Part shown: positions 1 to 13,024 of the stretch, in pieces
Position numbering within the stretch: the first letter of the stretch is position 1
Layout: every line of letters starts with the position of its first letter
Assembly: GCA_963924565.1 (NCBI GenBank)
Contig: OZ004607.1
Coordinates: forward strand, 7,130,001-7,194,000
Direction of reading: 5' to 3'
DNA: 64,000 bases
Origin: Ascidiella aspersa
Lineage: Eukaryota
Program-made: the position numbers and the translations under genes
The notes under the pieces: model-generated
Told to the model about the DNA's origin: nothing
Database searches by the model: none
What the model saw: only the letters and a program-made list of their open reading frames with translations

Positions 1-2087
1 TAATAGCTCGACTTTTATACATATTCTGTGGAGCAGAACCAAAAACATCACAAAATCAATGAAAGTCAGTAAAGCGGTCACATTTACAAAGGTAATGGAA
101 TTTACACTATCAGTTACAAAAATAACAGAGGCACGAAGTCATTGATTTTGTAGACGTTAACAATTCTGTTGCAGAAAAAATAAAAAAATTATAAACAAAA
201 GACATTTAAGTGACTCTAAATTCTAAACCGAAATTAACCTATTCAAAAAATTAAGAAAATGTCATTTTTAAATTAATCAGGACAAGAATAATAATGAACC
301 TAAAATAATAAAAACGTTGTAAATATTTGTCAGTGTGATTTTGGGATTATATTTAACATATTAAACTATACATGTACAGTTCCAATCTGAAATGATTGAA
401 TAATGTCCATTGTCCGGTGACCATTTGAAACAGGTCGGACAAGGGTGAATTGAAAAGTCAGTTAAGATTACACGAATGACACCACAAAGCGTCATTATGC
501 GCAAACAAAACACCAGGCTTTGTGACACAACCGTCCCGTCACCAACAATCTCAATAAGCATTCGAAAATTCTTCCAGAAATCCAATGAATGGAATTCTCC
601 GTTGACGACAAAGCTCTAAGCTTTTGATTAAACACAAGTTATGGTCTGAATTAAGGGCCCTCGCAAATGGTAAACAAGCAGAGTGAAAAGTGCTAGGGAT
701 GATGTGTACAACCAAACTGGTTTAAAGTAACATTAGATACTGGTGGGCAAACTAAAGAGGCCGGTTTTGGTGATGTTTGATATGTTTTGTAATAACACTA
801 ACCAACTTAAACTCCATATTATAAATATTTTGTTAGTTAAAAAGTGTTTTGTCAACTTAAAATGTCAAGATTACAACTTGACAACTAAAACTTTATAAGC
901 AATACATGCAAAACTGCATTTATCCAACATTTTAATTTAGCAAATCCTAAATGCAACATTAGGTAGATAGGAGCAGGGGCTCTAGGAAGTTTCTCAGTTT
1001 AGAAACAACACATGATCAAAATAAATACAGCGCTTCTCCCAGACATTTCAAAACAAGCGAATGCCTGAGGGCCAAAGCATGTCGCCGTCTGATAAACCAG
1101 GCCCAGACCAACACAATCTTTTTCTACATAAATCACTGAGATACTCAAGATAACTGGAAACACTGGTGCATCACTAATTTTAGATTCAAATAAAAATATT
1201 TTTGTATGACATCTACCTGGATTTAAGTTACATGTTTTAAGTTATCATGCAAACACTGAATACATTAATAAAATTAGCATCATTACCTTAATGACATCTT
1301 TAACTTTCTGTGGGGTCATTTATATGCTAGGTTAAGGCCAGGTTTACTTTTCCTCAAACAAAACTTTTAACATGTTGTCTACACTTCTAATTGGCAATAT
1401 AGGAAACCTCCTAGTTCGCTGGACCATTCACAAGCTTCCTACCTTTCAACACAAAAACACATTCCCACTACAACTACTATAAAATGCAAAAAAAGTCACC
1501 AGTCGGTTGAGAAAAAGGGGTTTTAATGAACATTTAAAAAAAGGGGGACTGCACGGTTCATAGTTAGTTCAGGCGGTTGACTTCTTTGGTCCAAAACGTT
1601 GCCGCCAAAAAGTAAACGCACACTCAACTACACAGGGTTGTCAAATTACTGGGCTGAGTCAGACTCACAACCGCAGTGCAAACATGAAAGGCAAATAGTG
1701 TTACACCCAGGCATTTGATAGAACACTGTAAATTTACCAGGCATGTACAAGTAGGAGAGAATGTGCAAAATTGCCATAAATCAAAACAGCAAACCATTTC
1801 AGGCAAGATAAATTGTGGTTATTTGGTTGTGTTTCCAAAAGTGTTAACTCCTGTTGCTGAATTTTATGTGTTCCAAGAAAATGATGGCACATATTTTTCT
1901 GCTTACAGCAGAACATGGTAAATGCAAATTATTTTGCAGACCTTGCAGTTATCAAAATATTTCCATAACTTTATTATTTTAATAAAGGATTACCAAACTG
2001 CCAATAACATGACCAAGGACATTAGAATAAAACTACTTTAGCCCAAAGCATTGATTCAGTAAGGCTTAAGAGTTTAATTCCCTTTAC

Positions 2088-3179
2088 TTGATATAGTAGG
2101 CAGGTCCATCTGGTGCAAATCCACGTTCCCAACCACTTGGCAAATCTGTAAGAGTCAAAAGTTCCTTGATTACCCACTTAACAAATGCAAAACAGCTTTT
2201 AGTTATTAGATGTTAAGCTTGGTTACAATACTTCCAAAGGACCCACCTAGAACTATATGCACATTATAATTAAGGGTTTTATGCCCATGCAATTTTAAAA
2301 CACAGAACAAAATAAAATGAATAAGACCAATAACCTTCAAAACAGAAAGCATTTTTATTGATTTTATTACATTTATAACAAATACACAGTGAGAATAGCC
2401 TTTTGAGGACTTGGCTGGCATACATGCAAAATCTTCGTTTTTACTTTTATACCCTTTAAGTGTTGCAACCAGATTCTGACAAATCTAAAGCAAGTTAGGC
2501 AGATATTACTGGGGTAAATAACTGCATTCCAAAAAGTCAGCCACCTGTGGCATATTTGTCATGGGTTTAAACACTGTGATAAGAATGGTCGCCAAGAGCA
2601 AATTTATTTTTTGTGGTTTCAGAGGGCAATTTTGATACATTTGACAATTGACATTGAGGAACTCGTTGTGACATAACCATTTAGCAGAGTTGGGTGTTAC
2701 CTATGGTGCGCTGATATCCAGTCATCGCTGGTTGTCCTGTGTCCGGATGCAGCCAAGTTGTGGTGTGATCATCATCACTGAAAAGAACAATAACAAACAC
2801 AAATTACATTTTATGTAGAAAGGCAATACAGGAAGCTATTAAACATCATAAAGGAAATTGTCTACAGATAAGTAGAAAGGTAAATTTTCTTTTGACGCAA
2901 TTAACAAATTTTTAATTGCACAGTGAATTGCACGAAAAAACTTTCAGGATTCAAATATTTTATTAAATAAGATTGATTTTAAAGACGTTTGACAATTGGT
3001 AATCTATATTTCTACATCCAATTGAAAAAACAAAATTGACTAAACAGCAACATAAATTAAATATTATTTTTAAAATATTTTTTTAATTTAACTTACTTTA
3101 TAAAAAATACTCTTCCATCCCTTGTTACTCCAAATGTCCATGGTTCTGGAAGTGGGTCTTTTAGGAGATCATCGGACAT
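2088..3179 (-). CDS. PLEKHA7: PLEKHA5/PLEKHA7-like protein, N-terminal tandem WW domains (first three coding exons; gene continues leftward)
   Basis: Exons 3179-3097, 2777-2701 and 2145-2088 have GT-AG borders and compatible phases (2,1,2). They translate to MSDDLLKDPLPEPWTFGVTRDGRVFFINDDDHTTTWLHPDTGQPAMTGYQRTIDLPSGWERGFAPDGPAYYI, matching the PLEKHA5/7 N-terminus (LPxxWxxGVxRDGRVFFIN...TTWLHP.TG...DLPxGWE.GF). Acceptor for the ATG exon at ~3228. Probably the single pro-orthologue of PLEKHA5/7. Confidence 0.88.
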
Positions 3180-3988
3180 ATTATTTCTTTAGTTTGTCTG
3201 TTCTTACATATGCAATGGAAATTTGAACCTAGACATAATAAAAATAATTCAGTAATGACATGCTTTAGTTTGTTTTCAGGCCCACTTTGGAGAAATAGAA
3301 AAACAAAAATTTAGAAAATGGTTACTGGGTCTAATCAACCATGTGCAGTTTACATGTAAACTTAGGGGGGAGAGGCGGAGGCAAAATACAACCCGAAAAT
3401 AAACTTAAATTTTTTTTTACCTTTCAATATGTTTTGATGTATAATAATCACTTATATAACACTGTAATAATGAATAATCACTAAAAAACATTTAAAAAGC
3501 AATAGTATTTTTTGTGTGCCAAGAGTGTACCAAAATAATCCATTGATTTAAGTCTTGTTTACAATATGTTGTAAGAAGAAAAGTACATAAGTTAATAATT
3601 TAACTTAAACAGTTAAAATATTAGCTACAGATTCAATTATGGCAAACTTTTGTTTACTTCAAGAAAGCATCATCTATTATTGGCAACATTTATATTGATC
3701 ACAACTACATTTTTGAAATGCTAACTATATTAATTACATTGGCTAGCAACTTATATGAGGTGATTTTGGTATTTTAACACAACAATAACAAAATAGGCTT
3801 AACGTTTAACTCAAATACAATAACAGAGTACTTTAAAACTACTTCATTGTGTTCTAAACAGTTAAAACTTTTACAAATTAATCAATACTAAACATACAAA
3901 AAGGTCGTCACATGCAACCTATTACTATTATTGTTCAAATGTAAAGTAGGTTAATAGAACATACTTTCATTAAAAGTAAAGAAATTAT

Positions 3989-4186
3989 GGCGCTGGTGTA
4001 GAATCCTACCACATTTCTTAAAGTAACAAAACGAATTGTCAAACTTTAAATTGCAAGGTAGAAATAAACATGAAAAGATCAATTATATATACTTGACCCA
4101 CCCAAACGCTAACTCGCACTTTAACCGAAATAAAGTTAGCAATATAAAAACCCAGACGAATTGTGGTAGGATTCTAAACCAGCGTA
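3989..4186. mobile_element. MITE, GGCGCTGG-TIR family (degenerate copy)
   Basis: Inverted termini ggcgctggtgtagaatcctaccac ... gtggtaggattctaaaccagcg; same family as 61444-61656 and 62965-63167. Confidence 0.75.
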
Positions 4187-4845
4187 AACAAATCATTTTG
4201 CATTGCTAGACAAGCAAAAATTAAACATTATGCGCAAGCTGAAACTGAAGACTATTGCATGTTAAGTTACTACATAGCCTACCGTGTCGAACAACTAGGG
4301 TAGTTTTAAAATTGGTCATCAAACAAACTATTTACAAAACCAACAACTACGGCTACGCATCATTGGGCTTACAGACGCAGCTTTGTCGCCACCTAACAGA
4401 AATTTTGATAAATCTATTCAAACACTAAGGAGCGCCACAACTGCTCTTGCTCTCGGTATAACCTATAGTCAACAGAAATATTTAAGAGCAACAACAGAAT
4501 TTCAGACGGTTTAAATTAGTCAATATCGGAGGCGGGAACAGGAACGGAGAAGATTACTGGGTCTAAATTACCAACAGGGGAAGTAACGTTTTTCCAAAAT
4601 TTTCGTAAAAATGTGCATGCGAAAATGTAAGTCAGAGTCAAAGTCAGAGAGTCAGAGTTAGAGTTCTAAGGGTTTTCCTCAAGTTTGTTTCCCTACTGGT
4701 TCTGTTGGATCTGTCTCATGCGTCTGAGCCTAAACTTTACGGCTTCTCGTATGTCGAAAACAAATGCGTGAAGGCCCGTTTACACTACAGCTGCACTGAG
4801 CTGAGCAAAGTGTAGTTTGTATTTAAATTCTATTGTGGCGAGTGT

Positions 4846-6613
4846 CATAGGCTAGGGGGGTGCGGGGGGGTACATATGTCCCCGGGCGCCAAGGTAAAGG
4901 GGCGCCAAAATAAGGCTTACAATTTTTTCACAAGGGTGAAAAACGACCACAAGCAAGATGGCACCAGCGGCTGTGGCAGACGTCATCTGATACGCAACCC
5001 ACAACCAGACTGATGCTGTTACCAGCCTTCACAGCAGTCAAGATACAGATTCTGCGTGCAGCTGGTTTCGTCTAGCTTAGTGTTCTTAACCTTTATTAAA
5101 CCGCGCCCCCCCTTTGGTTATTGTCCTGCACTTCGCGCCCCCTAACGAAAAGCAATTCAATATTTTGGAAATACATATTAGTTAGACAACATAAAAAAAG
5201 TAAATTGTATCGTTGGTCGCACGTAGCGCGAAAAAGTTCTGTTTATTTGGTTAAATTAGCTAAAAAAAGGTTCGTGTCTCCGTGTTTCTAGCCTGTTGTC
5301 ATATATAAAATAACTTTTATCGTTTATCTATAAGTTAGCCAAACTATAATTTAAATAGGACCGTTTTTTTTTGAAAAACATGCAATGGTACTCACAGAGA
5401 CTTTGTGCTAAATACAACTGTCAACAAAACAGGAAAAAAACAAGAAAATAAACGAGAACTTTTTAGAAGTTTCAATCGTTAAGTTGGGCAAAAAAACGGA
5501 GTTTGTACAGGCGTATTAGTGGTGCCCAACCCAATTGCACTACTATAGCCTACGGTATAATTGTTACGACTATACATAGCCAAATCGATCGTAAAAGTAG
5601 CAATTATAGTCCAGCAACTGAAAAACTATTAAAAATTAGTAGCGAAGCTCGCAAATTTAGTAGCGAAGCTCGCAAAATCCATGAACTATGTCTTCAGTCA
5701 CCTATACGTGCAATTTTAATGTAAAGTATAGGACATAAAAAAACAGAATGAACACCAAACTAAACCATTAACAACAAAATACTCGATCTGGTGATTGAGC
5801 TGGACAAAAGAATCAGGTGACGTAAGAGAATGCCTGGACAACTGGCAAGAAATGCAGGACTTTCATCAGAAATGAAGAATGTATTTGATCGGCTTCAATA
5901 TGAGATATCAACACGTTTTTTCAGGACTAAAGACCTGAACTATAAATTCGGATATTTGCTGGACGTTAAAGACTCTTCTATCTGACACAGACGAGGATGC
6001 AACGCGTCGAAATTGTGCAGATTTTGCGAATTTCTACGACACGAACATTAATGGTAACGATCTTTTCATTGAAATTGGTGATTGCCGAATGCTGCTCAGT
6101 AACCGAACTGAAGCTCTACCAGAAACTCCTTTAGAGTTTGTTGGTTTTATTGTGCTTCATGATGATGACGTATTTCCAAATATGCGATCTTTACTACAAA
6201 TTCTGTTAACAATAGCAGTTTCAATTGCAAGTTGTTATCGGTCGTTCAGCAAATTGAAACTTATTTTGTCGTATCTGCGTGCAACGCCGTGTATCAATGG
6301 AACAGGATCGTCTCACAGACTTTGTTATTCTTAAAGTTGAAAGAGAAACATTGGAAACAACAGATTTCGTGATTTGACTAGTTTGCGAAGGTCAAATCAA
6401 GAAAAATAATCTATAGTTGTTAATCATTCATGTTTGACAGTGACTATAAGTGAGTCATACGTGTAGTTTGTATAACCAAAACGCTTCTTAACTGTTTTCC
6501 GTATAAAGTAGGTATATTATGTTAATTCAATAAAAAATGTGAAAAAACATGGAGGAGGGGGCGCCAAATTTATAGTTTGCCCCCGGGCGCAAAATACCCT
6601 CGCTACGCCTCTG
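4846..6613 (+). mobile_element. Decayed hAT DNA transposon with transposase remnant
   Basis: 8-bp TSD gcgagtgt (4838-4845) / gcgagcgt (6614-6621); termini cataggctaggggg... / ...ccctcgctacgcctctg; subterminal cccgggcgcc and ggggcgccaaa motifs at both ends. Confidence 0.82.
5806..6420 (+). pseudogene. hAT transposase C-terminal (dimerisation domain) pseudogene fragment
   Basis: ORF 6089-6334 contains FPNMRSLLQILLTIAVSIASCYRSFSKLKLILSYLRAT, the hAT dimerisation-domain motif (FP..LT.P.S.A..ERSFS.LK.IK..LR). Flanking frames are broken by stops and frameshifts. Confidence 0.85.
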
Positions 6614-8075
6614 GCGAGCGTTTCACGCTTTGCTAAACTAAAGCCCGGTGCAGCAGCTGCAGCTAGCTTAAAGTTACGCTTTGCTAAACTCAAGCCCCGT
6701 GCAGCTGGAAAAAAATACGCTTTGGAGCGATTCTCACGCTTGGCTAAACTCAAACCCAGTGCAGCTATAGAAACACGTTACGTTTTGGGGCGATTTTTAC
6801 GCCCAGTGCAGCTCACTGCAGCTGTAGTGAAAATAATTTCACGCCCAGTGCAGCTCAGCTCCGCTTAGAAAAGCTGTAGTGTAAACATGCCTTTAAACCG
6901 ATAAAGCCGGAATACAAAAAGTCAGCATTTTGAGACTAAAGGGTAACATTTTAAGTAAAGTGACTTGCTCACATTAAGGAAGGTAGCGTAGTAACATGAT
7001 ACATGATGTTTATAGTCACTATTATAGTCATGAGGTTGATGACTGAAGTTAATCAAACAGCATAGTAACGTATATCAGAAATATTTTGGAACTGAAAATT
7101 TATTTAAGATTTTAAGTCCATGTGGGCTTTTCAAGCAAAATATTGTCAATTCAGGCTTCCATATTTTTTTAGTTACGTACTTACACTACGTTTAAAAGCT
7201 TTTTATTGACTTGCGGTAATAACAAAAGTGACAAAACTTGTGGCGGGACTGAGTCAAAAGTTGGGCAATTTTTCTGCCTAACATGTTTACTATGGTTAAA
7301 GCACAAGATTCAGTGAACCGATAAACTATCCAGCTAGGGATGGCCAACACGCGGCTCGAAAGCGGCATGCGGTTCTTCACCCAGTTTTATGCGATTTTGC
7401 GTTCATGTTGCACTTACGCTTTTTAGAATGTGTCGATTTCGTTTGGTTAACCGTTAAGTTATCGATTATTGCCAGTTCCGACTTAGGCTATTTGCCTTTA
7501 GGCCATTGTGTTTTAAGTAACACTTTGTAAAAAAAATAAACGCAAAAGTATTCTTTGTTTCACTTTGCGAAAACACCCCTCCCCCCACAAGGTATTTCCA
7601 AAGTTGTATACCCCACAAGGTAATTCCCGAGTAATTACATCAAGAAAATGTTTTTTCGTACAATGCGTCCCGTCTTTGATACAATATAAAGTGTGAGGCA
7701 GTTTATTGACTTGGCCAGACAACAAATCAAAATCACCTATTTTGAGTAAAGGTATTTATAATAAACACCCGACAAAATGTGGAAAACCAACAGTTTTAGA
7801 GTATCACAAAAAACAAAACCCTTTCATCGTTTGTTGAGTCATTGAGCGATTAGACAAATAATGTTTTGATTAGTAGTACGTCATCATTAGTTTTTAATAA
7901 ATTGTATACAATGTATGTATGGCGGATAAACGACGCTTTTCGATGTGGCAAAAAAGTGGTTAAGATCGATTAAAGATTTTTAAATAATTGTTGCCTAATT
8001 GCAAAAGGTATAGTCATATTAGGCAATTTATTATACCGAACGTGCTTCTGATCAAACTTTTGAATTAAATGCAAG

Positions 8076-8264
8076 ATGGCAAAAAACTTTCAAGATGCTA
8101 TAAACTTCGAACTTAGGTTTCGCGAGCAACTTCCTCAAGACACAGTTCCTCCGAGTAGAAATCCTATACAAATATCCGAGTTAATTTTCGGGGCTCAGAA
8201 ATATGCCGCTAGCAATTTTATAACAATGCGGTTTTACCACGCATCGAAGAACAGGAAATTCTAA
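8076..8264 (+). pseudogene. Truncated 5' copy 1 of the orphan gene at 14427
   Basis: First ~46 codons (MAKNFQDAINF...QKYAAS) nearly identical to the 14427 ORF; homology ends at 8215 and is followed by an unrelated tail and stop. Confidence 0.8.
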
Positions 8265-8377
8265 GCAATTCACGAAACACGAGTATAGCAATATGTTAAC
8301 GTTTGATGAATTCACACAGGCTGGTGTGACGACGTCACAATCCAACACTGTTTCAATGGAATGAACGGAGTTTAAAC

Positions 8378-8874
8378 CAGGGAGTCGAACCGGAACCTAA
8401 CCGGAACTTTATGAACCGGTTTTGGGTCAATATTTTCCGAACCTGAACCGAACCTGAACCGATTTTTATAAGATTTTAAGGAGCCGAACCGGAACTGAAC
8501 CGAATAATTTGAAAGTACCTGAACCTTAACCGAACCCGAACCTGTAAACAAAAGCGGTTCGCTCCAGCATGACGTCACAACTTCTATTTTACCGAGTCAA
8601 GTTACGCGATGTTCGAAATTTTATGAAAAAATATGAATATTGAATAAAAAAATCGTTAATTTTTTTAATTTTTAGATATTTCAATATTAAGTTGCTATTT
8701 TTTTAGTAAGTCACGGAACTTAGATTAAATGACTTACAATTCAAAGATTATTCTCTACATTTATCGACCCACATTTTGAGATTTAACGCAAATTATGTTG
8801 TATCTGAACCGGAACTTTCAAATTCCTCCGAACCGAAACCGGAACTGAACCGGATTCCGAAAAAAGACTCCCTG
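8378..8874. mobile_element. hAT-type MITE with AACCG subterminal repeats (copy 1)
   Basis: TIR cagggagtc/gactccctg; perfect 8-bp TSD GTTTAAAC (8370-8377, 8875-8882); many gaaccg motifs. Confidence 0.88.
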
Positions 8875-8953
8875 GTTTAAACCCGGTAACAATATGGAGC
8901 CCAAACCGCTACATACGTCTGTCGAAAACAAATGCGTTAAACCGACTATAGAG

Positions 8954-9615
8954 CAGTGGTTTTCAAACTTTTTCAAAAAATTACGCCACGGTCCCCTAGC
9001 AATTTTTTTAATTGCTCACGGCCCCCTTAAAAATATACACAAAATAACTCGTTTTTTTGAATGGTATCAAATGAAGCGGGTGCACTTGCAGTCTAAGATA
9101 GGCTTGTTGATACCGTATTTAGTAATGTAACTCTAACGAAATCACTTTATTTGAGTGGAGCAATCACGCACAGTTTAATAACCGTGACCGTACGCCCACA
9201 GTGGCAGCGCAGCAAGCTGTAAAAACGTAATTCTCATTAGCACAATGGAACACTATGACGTCACAATGCACAATTCCACTTAAGGCATGCTAACACGTGA
9301 ATGAACAACTGATCGTAAATTGTGATGACGAACGCAAACACGTTGGAATTACGTTAGTAATGTCACTTTGCGTGAATAGGTCGAGCTTGAGTTTGGCTTT
9401 CCTTCTTTTGTCCCACAATTTGGGCCTATGTACGGCATAGTTACTATTATTTAGTTTGTTAAGCTTGGTTTGAAAAGTAAGTTGCCTGAAAATTTTATTG
9501 CATAAAAAATGTTCTTATTTAGGAGCGTCGAGTTGATTTTTATTAGGTGCTTCGCGGTCCCGAAATTGTCTCGCGGACCCCAAAAGGTCCTCGGACCCCA
9601 GTTTGAGAACCACTG
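8954..9615. mobile_element. hAT (Charlie-like) MITE (copy 1)
   Basis: TIRs cagtggttttcaaac / gtttgagaaccactg; flanks ctatagag / gactagag (partial 8-bp TSD with a TAGA core). Confidence 0.82.
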
Positions 9616-11434
9616 GACTAGAGGGTAACATTTGAAGTAAAGTGAGGAACCAATTTAGGAGGAAATTGCTTAGACGGAGAACTTGTCTTGGATGCGGGTA
9701 AACGGCCACCCGACCCAGTAACATTCTTTTATGTAAAAATATTAGTAAAAATACTCAAATTATCAGAGGTCCGCATTCAAGGTTAAAAACTACCCTTTAA
9801 ATTTACAGATTTTTCTTTACATTAATTGAAAGGCACAAGTACCGTCGGCAAACCAGTTTGTGAATTAGAACCTGGCAAGCACGCCTTAGGTAAACCAGGT
9901 CAGGTAGTCCTAAATATATAGCTTGTCTTTCGCTTTCATTTCAGCGTCATAAACAAAAAAACGCGATTGGGTCCGACAACGAAATAACCCGCTGGTTATA
10001 CTATGCCCAACGTATTGCTCAGATGTAGATTTCATCTCAGTCATACCTTTGACTTCGTACAAATGTGGCCAGGCTATACGTGGGTGTGCGTGTTACTGTT
10101 TGAGAATGGGAGGCCGAGTAATAGTACTGTAAGCGTTATAATAAATCTGTATGACATAGACAGCTCAATAACTTCTGCTAACATTGGTAAACTGAATAGC
10201 GTGTGTGTTGTAATCCTTATTCTAATGAGTATTTCGTTTTTACCGATTATACTAACTGGCTCAGTGGCAATGTTTAGCATAGTAATCTCTTTTTAACTAT
10301 ATACGCACTACGCAGGCAATTAGTATGACGCGGTACGATTGCTCACATTAAGGAAGCGTATAACATGGTACATGATGTTTATATAGTCATGAGGTTGATG
10401 GCTCAAGTTTATCAAACAGCACAGTAACGTATATCAGAAATATTTTGAAGCTGGAAATTTATTCAAGATTTTAAGTCCATGTGGGCTTTTCAATCAAAAT
10501 ATTGTCAATTGAAGCTTCCATATTTTTTTAGTTACGTACTTACAATACGTTTAAAAGCTTTTTATAGACTTGCGGTAATAACAAATGTGGCAAAACTTGT
10601 GGCAGGACTAAGTCAAAAGTTTGGCAATTTTTCTGTCTAACATGTTTACTATGGTTAAAGCACAAGATTCAGTGAACTGACAGACTATCCAGCTAGGGGT
10701 GGCCAACACGCGGCTCGAAAGCGGCATGCGGTTCTTCACCCAGTTTTATGCGATTTTGCGTTCATGTTGCACTTACGCTTTTTAGAATGTGTCGATTTCG
10801 TTTGGTTAACGGTTAAGTTATCGATTATTGCCAGTTCCGACTTAGGCTATTTGCCTTTAGGCCATTGTGTTTTAAGTAACACTTTGTAAAAAAAATAAAC
10901 GCAAAAGTATTCTTTGTTTCACTTTGCGAAAACACCCCTCCCCCCACAAGGTATTTCCAAAGTTGTATACCCCACAAGGTAATTCCCGAGTAATTATATC
11001 AAGAAAATGTTTTTTCGTACAATGCGTCGCGTCTTTGATACAATATAAAGTGTGAGGCAGTTTATTGACTTGGCCAGACAACAAATCAAAATCACCTATT
11101 TTGAGTAAAGGTATTTATAATAAACACCCGACAAAATGTGGAAAACCAACAGTTTTAGAGTATCACAAAAAACAAAACCCTTTCATCGTTTGTTGAGTCA
11201 TTGAGCGATTAGACAAATAATGTTTTGATTAGTAGTACGTCATCATTAGTTTTTAATAAATTGTATACAATGTATGTATGGCGGATAAACGACGCTTTTC
11301 GATGTGGCAAAAAAGTGGTTAAGATCGATTAAAGATTTTTAAATAATTGTTGCCTAATTGCAAAAGGTATAGTCATATTAGGCAATTTATTATACCGAAC
11401 GTGCTTCTGATCAAACTTTTGAATTAAATGCAAG

Positions 11435-11623
11435 ATGGCAAAAAACTTTCAAGATGCTATAAACTTCGAACTTAGGTTTCGCGAGCAACTTCCTCAAGAC
11501 ACAGTTCCTCCGAGTAGAAATCCTATACAAATATCCGAGTTAATTTTCGGGGCTCAGAAATATGCCGCTAGCAATTTTATAACAATGCGGTTTTACCACG
11601 CATCGAAGAACAGGAAATTCTAA
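11435..11623 (+). pseudogene. Truncated 5' copy 2 of the orphan gene at 14427
   Basis: 62-aa ORF identical to that at 8076-8264. Confidence 0.8.
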
Positions 11624-11736
11624 GCAATTCACGAAACACGAGTATAGCAATATGTTAACGTTTGATGAATTCACACAGGCTGGTGTGACGACGTCACAAT
11701 CCAACACTGTTTCAATGGAATGAACGGAGTTTAAAC

Positions 11737-12284
11737 CAGGGAGTCGAACCGGAACCTAACCGGAACTTTATGAACCGGTTTTGGGTCAATATTTTCCGAA
11801 CCTGAACCGAACCTGAACCGATTTTTATGAGATTTTAAGGAGCCGAACCGGAACTGAACCGAATAATTTGAAAGTACCTGAACCTTAACCGAACCCGAAC
11901 CTGTAAACAAAAGCGGTTCGCTCCAGCATGACGTCACAACTTCTATTTTACCGAGTCAAGTTACGCGATGTTCGAAATTTTATGAAAAAATATGAATATT
12001 GAATAAAAAAATCGTTCATTTTTTATTTTTTAGATATTTCAATATTAAGTTGCTGTTTTTTTAGTAAGTCACGGAACTTAGATTAAATGACTTACAATTC
12101 AAAGATTATTCTCTACATTTATCGACCCACATTTTGAGATTTAACGCAAATTATGTTGTATCTGAACCGGAACTTGATGAACCGGTTTTGAAATAACGAT
12201 GTTCGAACCGGAGCTGAACCGGAACTTTCAAATTCCTCCGAACCGAAACCGGAACTGAACCGGATTCCGAAAAAAGACTCCCTG
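11737..12284. mobile_element. hAT-type MITE with AACCG repeats (copy 2, ~50 bp longer than copy 1)
   Basis: Same TIRs and GTTTAAAC TSD as 8378-8874. Confidence 0.88.
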
Positions 12285-12363
12285 GTTTAAACCCGGTAAC
12301 AATATGGAGCGCAAACCGCTACATACGTCTGTCGAAAACAAATGCGTTAAACCGACTATAGAG

Positions 12364-13024
12364 CAGTGGTTTTCAAACTTTTTCAAAAAATTACGCCACG
12401 GTCCCCTAGCAATTTTTTTAATTGCTCACGGCCCCCTTAAAAATATACACAAAATAACTCGTTTTTTTGAATGGTATCAAATGAAGCGGGTGCACTTGCA
12501 GTCTAAGATAGGCTTGTTGATACCGTATTTAGTAATGTAACTCTAACGAAATCACTTTATTTGAGTGGAGCAATCACGCACAGTTTAATAACCGTGACCG
12601 TACGCCCACAGTGGCAGCGCAGCAAGCTGTAAAAACGTAATTCTCATTAGCACAATGGAACACTATGACGTCACAATGCACAATTCCACTTAAGGCATGC
12701 AAACACGTGAATGAACAACTGATCGTAAATTGTGATGACGAACGCAAACACGTTGGAATTACGTTAGTAATGTCACTTTGCGTGAATAGGTCGAGCTTGA
12801 GTTTGGCTTTTCTTTTTTGTCCCACAATTTAGGCCTATGTACGGCATAGTTACTATTATTTAGTTTGTTAAGCTTGGTTTGAAAAGTAAGTTGCCTGAAA
12901 ACTTTATTGCATAAAAAATGTTCTTATTTAGGAGCGTCGAGTTGATTTTTATTAGGTGCTTCGCGGTCCCGAAATTGTCTCGCGGACCCCAAAAGGTCCG
13001 CGGACCCCAGTTTGAGAACCACTG
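12364..13024. mobile_element. hAT (Charlie-like) MITE (copy 2)
   Basis: Duplicate of 8954-9615. Confidence 0.82.

Larger units (their letters stand above)
4772..6892. mobile_element. PIF/Harbinger-like non-autonomous element, interrupted by a hAT insertion
   Basis: TIRs aggcccgtttacactacagct / agctgtagtgtaaacatgcct; 3-bp TSD tga/tta. The empty site aaatgcgttaaaccga is present in the paralogous copies near 8930 and 12340. Internal gcagct-type repeats at 6625-6870. Confidence 0.75.

Noticed and set aside
361-585. Next PLEKHA exon or a separate gene
   Set aside because: No phase-compatible exon completing the second WW domain could be found; it probably lies outside the window.
6517-6868. ORFs with repeated LAKR/AKLKP motifs
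   Set aside because: These are translations of internal repeats of the Harbinger-like element.
10074-10157. Signal-peptide-like MSYRFIITLTVLLLGLPFSNS on the minus strand, in both duplicate copies
   Set aside because: Stops after 27 codons with no convincing donor or downstream exon; duplication alone explains its recurrence.
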